Shown here: positions 58,701 through 64,000 of the stretch, piece by piece | Numbering within the stretch: position 1 is the first letter of the stretch | Layout: each line of letters opens with the position of its first letter | Assembly: GCF_044704955.1 (NCBI RefSeq) | Contig: NC_091977.1 | Span: forward strand, 384,462,001-384,526,000 | Direction of reading: 5' to 3' | DNA length: 64,000 nt | Source of the DNA: Pristiophorus japonicus | Taxonomy: Eukaryota | The notes under the pieces: generated by a model | Database searches by the model: none | Told to the model about the DNA's origin: nothing | The model's input: only the letters and a program-made list of their open reading frames with translations | Translations under genes and position numbers: made by a program

Positions 58701-60720
58701 TCACATCTTCGGCCTGTGCCTTTGTTACCAGGCTCTTCCTGGGGATAAAGGCTCCAACGAGTCTGGGTGGCCAAATAGCTTCCATTGTCCTGAGGTTCCC
58801 GCGCTCCGTGGCTCTCAATCATTTCAATGGCTTTAGCACTGACCAGTTTACCTGATCTCTCACTGATGGGTTCCCATTACATGACAAAAGGATCCTCCAT
58901 CTGCTTTCAGCCATCCCAGACTATCCCCGCCCACCTGATGTGTATTCCTGTGGAACATGCCTGGGCCTGTCCCAGTCATGCTGTTAGCTCTTCTGAAATA
59001 TGAAATGCAATATCCAAAACTTAAAGTCCAAAATTCTGAAGTCTGTATTGATGTTTACATCGATGCTTACACTTGTGCTATCAGTTCCCCTCCGCCCTGA
59101 CTTCTGCGCACTTGTGCCTGGTGTCTCAACATGTGCAGATCCCACCTCTATCCTATCCGCTAATGTATCATATCATTCTCTGAGCTGGTGGTTGCAAGTG
59201 TAAGATCGAATGATGGTGTCTCTTCGGCTTCACTGTCTTCTTCCTGTTCCTTCCCTAATTGGGAAGGTTCTAGCTCTTGGATATCTGAAAGTAAAAAGGG
59301 ACAAGGGCTGGGTTGTGGTGAGGGGAGAGAAGAAAGTAAGAAGTGCGTGCTTATACCATCTGCAGCTTGTGAATCAGAAGTGATTGTGGGATGAAGGAGA
59401 AGTGGGACAAGAGAAGAAGGATTAGATATGCTAATACTCTCATCATAGATCACTCCAGTGCCACCAATGGCCATGGCCTCAGTCATGCCCCTTTCCATGA
59501 TGGCCAACACTGTCTCTTCCATGGGCATGAAAACATGCACCCGCACTTGTCCTACTCCAGTTTTTTGCTGTGCCGACTTCTCCTGCAAGAATAAAGAAGT
59601 GTTTCAGTGAGAGTCCTGCAATGTGTTTGGGTGATGTGGCTACAATGGTTGAATAACTGCTAGTGAGTGTGAGTTATGGGTGTGAGGCTTGCAGCAGTAC
59701 TGTGTGTGATGAGAGGTAAAGCATATGAATTGAAGGGCTGAGTACTGATTGATAGAGATTGTTGGTAGGTGAGTGATGGGGGTGTCGAGAATTGAGCAAT
59801 GGATGAAGCTGATGGTGCAGTTGGTAGGATATGCCATTTGAAGGTTGAACTCGTATAACATCATTAAACCTCTTCCTGCACCTCTGAAATAAAAGTAGTT
59901 ATTTTACATACCTTTTTAACCCCTAAAACTTCTTCTCTCTCCTGAAGGAAATGTTTGATGTTGGGATTCAGTTCCATAAACATTGACAACTATCTGATAC
60001 TTCTCCCGAGCGACCATCCTTCGTATGACAATCTAGAGTGAGGAAACGATTTTCAACTGCCATCCACCCGGTTCACGCCTGAAAAATGGGCTGCCAACAA
60101 AGGAAAGTCAGAAGGGAGTACCTTGGCTGTTCCTTTAATGCCAAAGACCTACCTGATGCAATTTTCAGGCAGGCCTGTAAATGGGCGCACAGCACGCCCG
60201 CCTGTTTCAGGCAGGAGGCTGCTTAAGTATGCAAATTGGGGTCCTACATCATTGTAAGATCCTGATTATAATTTTGAAGTACAAGTGGATGTACCAAACA
60301 GGCCCCACCCATTTGTACCAGGCCATGAGTAGCCTACCAGCAGTGTTAAAAGCTACCACTTGTGGCTTCCCCATAAAAGGGTTGCAAACTTCTTTTTCTT
60401 TTATTTTTGTGGTGGCCAGGAAGAACAGAAGAGCTCTTCCTGGCTCCTAAAAATTACTGCAGGCCCCTGCCACTTGTCCTCTCTGCTCGACTGCTCCCGC
60501 CGCCCCCCCCCCCCCACCCCCCAAAGATGGACCTGCTGGCCAGCCCTGCCTCGAAGTCTGGTTGATTTTCCGACATCCCACCACCAGCGAGCTGCATTGG
60601 AATACCTATTTGGATGTAGAGTTTGCGAAGTATAGTTCAAATAAGGTACAAACCTGAAATTGCTTCAGGACTCTCGATGCTGGCTATGTGCAGGCGGGCA
60701 CTCCACCAATTTCACGCCTA
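55720..60720. mobile_element. Harbinger remnant (transposase +, accessory gene -) with solo LTR insertion
   Basis: GFPMVQGAVDCTQI, NRKGFH, VVVCCMLLNLAIMR and poly-E at 56143-57245. Minus-strand MSKSIEESS.. and QEKSAQQKTG remnants. Ends approximate. Confidence 0.78.
57943..59071 (-). mobile_element. Solo LTR
   Basis: TGTAAG...CTTACA termini and 4-bp TSD CTTG. Homologous to 9090-9993. Confidence 0.87.
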
Positions 60721-60730
60721 TTTTGGGACC

Positions 60731-63700
60731 ACATAAGAACATAAGAACATAAGAATTAGGAACAAGAGTAGGCCATCTAGCCCCTCGAGCCTGCTCCACC
60801 ATTCAACAAGATCATGGCTGATCTGGCCGTGGACTCAGCTCCACTTACCCGCCCGCTCCCCGTGACCCTTAATTCCCTTATTGGTTAAAAATCTATCTAT
60901 CTGTGACTTGAATACATTCAATGAGCTAGCCTCAACTGCTTCCTTGGGCAGAGAATTCCACAGATTCACAACTCCCTGGGAGAAGAAATTCCTTCTCAAC
61001 TCGGTTTTAAATTGGCTCCCCCGTATTTTGAGGCTGTGCCCCCTAGTTCTAGTCTCCCCGACCAGTGGAAACAACCTCTCTGCCTCTATCTTGTCTATCC
61101 CTTTCATTATTTTAAATGTTTCTATGAGATCACCCCTCATCCTTCTGAACTCCAACAAGTAAATACCCAGTCTACTCAATCTATCATCATAAGGTAACCC
61201 CCTCATCTCCGGAATCAGCCTCGTGAATCGTCTCTGTACCCCCTCCAAAGCTAGTTTATCCTTCCTTAAGTAAGGTGACCAAAACTGCACGCAGTACTCC
61301 AGGTGCGGCCTCACCAATACCCTATATAGATGCAGAAGGACCTCCCTGCTTTTGTACTCCATCCCTCTCGCAATGAAGGCCAACATTCCATTCGCCTTCC
61401 TGATTACCTGCTGCACTTGCAAACTAACTTTTTGGGATTCATGCACAAGGACCCCCAGGTCCCTCTGCACCGCAGCATGTTGTAATTTCTCCCCATTCAA
61501 ATAATATTCCCTTTTACTGTTTTTTTTCCCAAATTGGATGACCTCACACTTTCCGACATTGTATTCCATCTGCCAAACCTTAGCCCATTCGCTTAACCTA
61601 TCTAAATCTCTTTGCAGCCTTTCTGTGTCCTCGACACAACCCGCTTTCCCACTAATCTTTGTGTCATCTGCAAATTTTGTTACACTACACTCTGTCCTCT
61701 CTTCCAGGTCATCTATGTATATTGTAAACAGTTGTGGTCCCAGCACCGATTCCTGTGGCACAACACTAACCACCGATTTCCAACCCAAAAAGGACACATT
61801 TATCCCGACTCTCTGCTTTCTGTTAGCCAGCCAATTCTCGATCCATGCCTCTGACTCCGCGTACCTTTATCTTCTGCAGTAACCTTTTGTGTGGCACCTT
61901 ATCGAATGTCTTTTGAAAATCTAAATACACCACATCCATCGGTACACCTCTATCCACCATGCTCGTTATATCCTCAAAGAATTCCAGTAAAATAGTTAAA
62001 CATGATTTCCCCTTCATGAATCCATGCTGCATCTGCTTGATTGCACTATTCCTATCTAGATGTCCCGTTATTTCTTCCTTAATGATAGTTTCAAGCATTT
62101 TCACCACTACAGATGTTAAACTAACCGGCCTATAGTTACCTGCTTTCCAATCCGTTGGTACCTCCCCAGAGTCCAGAGAATTTTGGTAGATTATAACGAA
62201 TGCATCTGTATAACTTCCACCATCACTTTTAATATTTCATCAGTACCAGGGGACTTGTCTACCTTGAGTCCCATTAGCTTGTCCAGCACTACCCCCCTAG
62301 TGATAGTGATTGTCTCAAGGTCCTCCCTTCCCACATTCCTGTAACCAGCAATTTTTGGCATGGTTTTTGTGTCTTCCACTGTGAAGACCGAAGCAAAATA
62401 ATTGTTTAAAGTCTCAGCCATTTCCACATTTCCCATTATTAAATCCCCCTTCTCATCTTCTAAGGGACCAACATTTACTTTAGTCACTCTTTTCCGTTTT
62501 ATATATCTGTAAAAGCTTTTACTATCCGTTTTTATGTTTGCGCAAGTTTACCTTCGTAATCTATCTTTCCTTTCTTTATTGCTTTCTTATTCATTCTTTA
62601 CTGTCGTTTAAAATTTTCCCAATCTTCCAGTTTCCCACTAACCTTGGCCACCTTATACGCATTGGTTTTTAATTTGATACTCTCCTTTATTTCCGTGGTT
62701 ATCCACGGCTGGTTATCCCTTCTCTTACCACCCTTCTTTTTCACTGGAATACATTTTTGTTGAGCACTATGAAAGAGCTCCTTAAAAGTCCTCCACTGTT
62801 CCTCAATTGTGCCACTGTTTAGTCTGTGTTTCCAGATTAAACAGTGGCACTACTTTAGCCAACTCTGCCCTCATCCCACTGAAGTCCCCTTTGTTTAAGC
62901 ATAGTACGCTCGTTTGAGACACTACTTCCTCATCCTCAATCTGTATTACAAATTCCACCATACTGTGATCACTCATTCCGAGAGGATCTTTTACTAGTAG
63001 ATCGTTTATTATTCCTGTCTCATTACACAGGACCAGATCTAAGATAGCTTGCTCCCTTGTAGGTTCTGTAACATACTGTTCTGAGAAACAATCCCGTATG
63101 CATTCTATGAATTACTCCTCCAGGCTACCCCGTGCGATTTGATTTGACCAATCAATATGTAGGTTAAAATCCCCCATGACTACTGCCGTTCCTTTTTCAC
63201 ATGCCTCCATTATTCCCTTGATTATTGCCCTCCCCACCGTGAAGTTATTATTTGAGGGTCTCTCAACTACACCCACCAGTGACTTTTTCCCCTTACTATC
63301 TCTAATCTCCACCCACAATGATTCAACATTTTGTTCATTAGAGCCAATATCGTCTCTCACAACTGCCCTGATATCATCCTTTATTAACAGAGCTACCCCA
63401 TCTCCTTTCCCTTCTTGTCTATCTTTCCGAATCGTCAGATACCCCTGTATGTTTAATTCCCAGTCTTGGCCACCCTGCAACCACGTTTCTGTAATGGCCA
63501 CCAAATCATACCCATTTGTAATGATTTGTGCCGTCAACTCATTTACTTTATTTCGAATGCTGCGTGCGTTTAGGTAGAGTGTTTTAATACTAGTTTTTAA
63601 ACCATGATTTTTAGTTTTGACCCCTCCTGCAGCCCCTTTATATTCAGTGGCCCTTTTTGTTTTTTGCCTTGGGTTTCTCTGCCCTCCACTTTTACTCATC

Positions 63701-63812
63701 TCCTTTCTGTCTTTTGCTTTTGTCTCCTTTTTGTTTCCCTCTGTCTCCCTGCATTGGTTCCCATCCCCCTGCCATATTAGTTTAACTCCTCTCCAACAGC
63801 ACTAGCAAACAC
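60731..63812 (-). mobile_element. CR1 LINE (second subfamily) covering the end of ORF1 and nearly all of ORF2, disrupted
   Basis: (ACATAAGA)3 tail. LYLNARSIRNK, AITETW, GDFN and KFADDTK peptides. Internal deletion near 62145. Confidence 0.95.
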
Positions 63813-64000
63813 TCCACGAGCGTCTGTGGATTATTCAATCATTGAGTACATTAAGATGGAGTCTACTCCTGCCCTCAACTACATACACAACGTTCAGTAG
63901 GGTCTGCTCAAAACCATGGCATTAAGAACCCTCAGATGCTCAGCACCATTCGCAATTCCTCAGACAATGAAGTAGTCCATGCCACATGCAGTAACATCCA

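Overview
Eukaryotic, repeat-saturated vertebrate DNA. The mix of CR1 LINEs with octamer tails, L2, RTE, Tx1, PIF/Harbinger and a tRNA-headed SINE suggests a cartilaginous fish such as a shark (inference). No host protein-coding gene is supportable. The window holds many nested, mostly defective mobile elements: young CR1 copies, L2 and RTE fragments, five decayed Harbinger transposons with convergent HARBI1-like transposase and Myb/SANT-like genes plus Harbinger-type MITEs, a hAT transposase remnant, and three or four solo LTRs. The stand-out structure is a ~12.5 kb head-to-tail Tx1-clade retrotransposon array (about 25311-37848, minus strand). It has one near full-length element plus 11 3'-end units. 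Nine junctions carry the same ~15-bp motif TCAACAGCTCYAYAA, the last of which adjoins the Harbinger DNA flanking the array. Seven units share one 5' truncation point, junction variants are polarised along the array, and the 3' UTRs are built from stem-loop modules. This points to a site-specific, self-extending retrotransposon array. Coordinates were read by eye and may be off by a few bases.
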